From Pseudomonadota bacterium (GTDB lineage Bacteria; Pseudomonadota; Gammaproteobacteria; Poriferisulfidales; JAYYZZ01): 64,000 nucleotides of DNA. The stretch spans positions 68,129 through 132,128 of the forward strand of contig JAYYZZ010000003.1 of assembly GCA_036687665.1 (NCBI GenBank), given 5' to 3'. The position numbers and the translations under genes are program-made. Below the pieces are notes generated by a model. That model did not search any database. It was not told where the DNA came from and saw only the letters and a list, made by a program, of their open reading frames with translations. This document shows, one piece after another, positions 62,695-64,000 of the stretch (its first letter is position 1; each line of letters opens with the position of its first letter).

Positions 62695-64000
62695 TTATAA
62701 ATCAAAGTCGTCACGGCTTGCTGGATCGTTGCAATCGCGTTTTGCGATTCCATTATCAACAGCATACTTCTCAGCACCAGCATCGATGATAGCTTGTGAC
62801 AATGGTACGTCACCTTCTATCCAGTCACTAGCAACATTCCATTGGCGTTTGTTAGCATCCCATTGCTGGAACTTAGCCAAGTGACCACCTACGTGGTCCA
62901 TACATGTAATGTTGATTTCAGGTACAAGACCTGTAGCGCCTAGTTCATCTAATCTAGCTGTATCAAGTTTAAGGTTTTCAAAACCCCAACGAGTTTGTGC
63001 GCTGTTTACTTGAGGACCGAAACGTTCTTGTGCTATACGAAGTGCTTCCGTATGGAAAACACCCGCTAAAATACCGAGGTTCCAATATACTGAACCAATA
63101 CGGCTTTTATCGTCTAAGTCACCTTTACCAGCTTTATAAACAGTGTCAACGATGTCTTCAATTACTTTCGCTACACGTCCAGCTGGGTGAGTTGTAATCG
63201 CATAATAACCATGCGCTGCATCACCTGCAGGGATAACGTCTTCGTCAGAGTTACTCCAAATGTTACCGATTAAACGGCCCACTGAGTAACCTGTACGTAC
63301 CGCAGTCTGCATAGCAACGGGATTCATAACACCCCATCCGCGAAGCAATACATAATCAGGTTTACCTTTACGAATTTTCAGCCACTGAGACTGTTGTTCG
63401 TTACCTGGATGCGGAATTTCAATTGGATTGTGTGAACAACCATGTTTTTCACACATGCTGTTCATGAAGTCAATCGCTTCACGACCATATGGTGAACCAT
63501 GGAATAACATCCAAATTTTCTTACCCTTCAAGTTAGCTCTATCTTTTTCAAGATAGTCACCAATGAAATGCACCATAATTGAGTGCTCATCATAAGTGTT
63601 AATGCCTGGCATGAAGTAATAAGGGAAGACGTCCCCACGTTGGCCGGCAGTTTTACCGTGGTTTACAGCGATGATAGGCATCTTGTCTTTACGACCAGTT
63701 TCTATTAAAGCTGTTGAAATACCTACACTTAATGGATCAAAGAATACTGCTCCGCCTTCTTTGTCTTTTAAGCGCTTATAGCACTCAACTCCACGTTCAA
63801 CCGAATATTCAGTTTCACACTCAGACCAGATCAATTTCATGCCGCCAACGCCACCGTCGCGCATGTTAAGCAATTGATAGTAGTCTATGATTCCACCGAA
63901 ATAACCGGTTCCACCCGCAGCGTATGGACCTACTCGATAACTAGGAATTGGAACATATAGTTCGCCTTCTCCAGCTTGAGCAATTGGCGCTGTTACTGCT
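62695..64000 (-). CDS. ABC transporter periplasmic substrate-binding protein (type I PBP, Leu/Ile/Val-binding-like), 5' end outside the window
   Basis: The frame stays open to the window edge. Upstream of the track's TTG it reads AVTAPIAQAGEGELYVPIPSYRVGPYAAGGTGYFGG..., which looks like the end of a signal peptide followed by the mature N-terminus. Confidence 0.75.
   Translation of the reverse strand, partial: AVTAPIAQAGEGELYVPIPSYRVGPYAAGGTGYFGGIIDYYQLLNMRDGGVGGMKLIWSECETEYSVERGVECYKRLKDKEGGAVFFDPLSVGISTALIETGRKDKMPIIAVNHGKTAGQRGDVFPYYFMPGINTYDEHSIMVHFIGDYLEKDRANLKGKKIWMLFHGSPYGREAIDFMNSMCEKHGCSHNPIEIPHPGNEQQSQWLKIRKGKPDYVLLRGWGVMNPVAMQTAVRTGYSVGRLIGNIWSNSDEDVIPAGDAAHGYYAITTHPAGRVAKVIEDIVDTVYKAGKGDLDDKSRIGSVYWNLGILAGVFHTEALRIAQERFGPQVNSAQTRWGFENLKLDTARLDELGATGLVPEINITCMDHVGGHLAKFQQWDANKRQWNVASDWIEGDVPLSQAIIDAGAEKYAVDNGIAKRDCNDPASRDDFDL

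Overview
This window is a densely coding, AT-rich stretch of core chromosome, and its gene order matches gammaproteobacterial synteny (Pseudomonas/E. coli-like). I found no rRNA, tRNA, CRISPR array, transposase, integrase or phage genes. All calls rest on reading the supplied translations and the DNA by eye; no BLAST or HMM search was run.

Gene content, left to right:
- PduO-type adenosyltransferase 3' end
- a three-gene MNIO/DUF692 RiPP cluster
- nth, an RnfB-like ferredoxin, a split metG, apbC, dcd, mgtE
- rapZ-rpoN-lptBAC-kdsCD-yrbG on the minus strand
- an RND/MMPL transporter, mlaC, murA, hisG, DAHP synthase, hisD
- petABC, sspA
- a glcD-like oxidase, a diaA-like gene, lpoA (minus strand)
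- rsmI, RNase P RNA
- a full dcw cluster (mraZ to ftsA, then lpxC)
- a dciA-like gene, an M23 peptidase, secA, argJ, a thiE-like gene
- zapD and coaE (minus strand), nadE, bamD (minus strand), rluD, pgeF
- a partial, GC-richer ABC substrate-binding protein gene

Most interesting observations:
1. **RiPP operon at 117..2100.** It encodes a signal-peptide precursor with an EGKCG cysteine-repeat core built from perfect 15-bp DNA repeats. An MNIO (DUF692) enzyme and a DUF2063 partner follow. This architecture matches the oxazolin (HvfABC) and bufferin copper-binding peptide systems.
2. **Frame break in the partner gene.** The DUF2063 gene is out of frame with its only plausible start codon at an A10 tract.
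3. **Lipid transport locus.** An RND/MMPL transporter sits where mlaFEDB normally lies, next to a retained mlaC.
4. **Relocated ftsZ.** It lies between mraY and murD rather than after ftsA.
5. **Split MetRS.** A single in-frame TAA separates the catalytic core from the tRNA-binding domain.
6. **MraZ-type operator.** A clean triple direct repeat lies upstream of mraZ.
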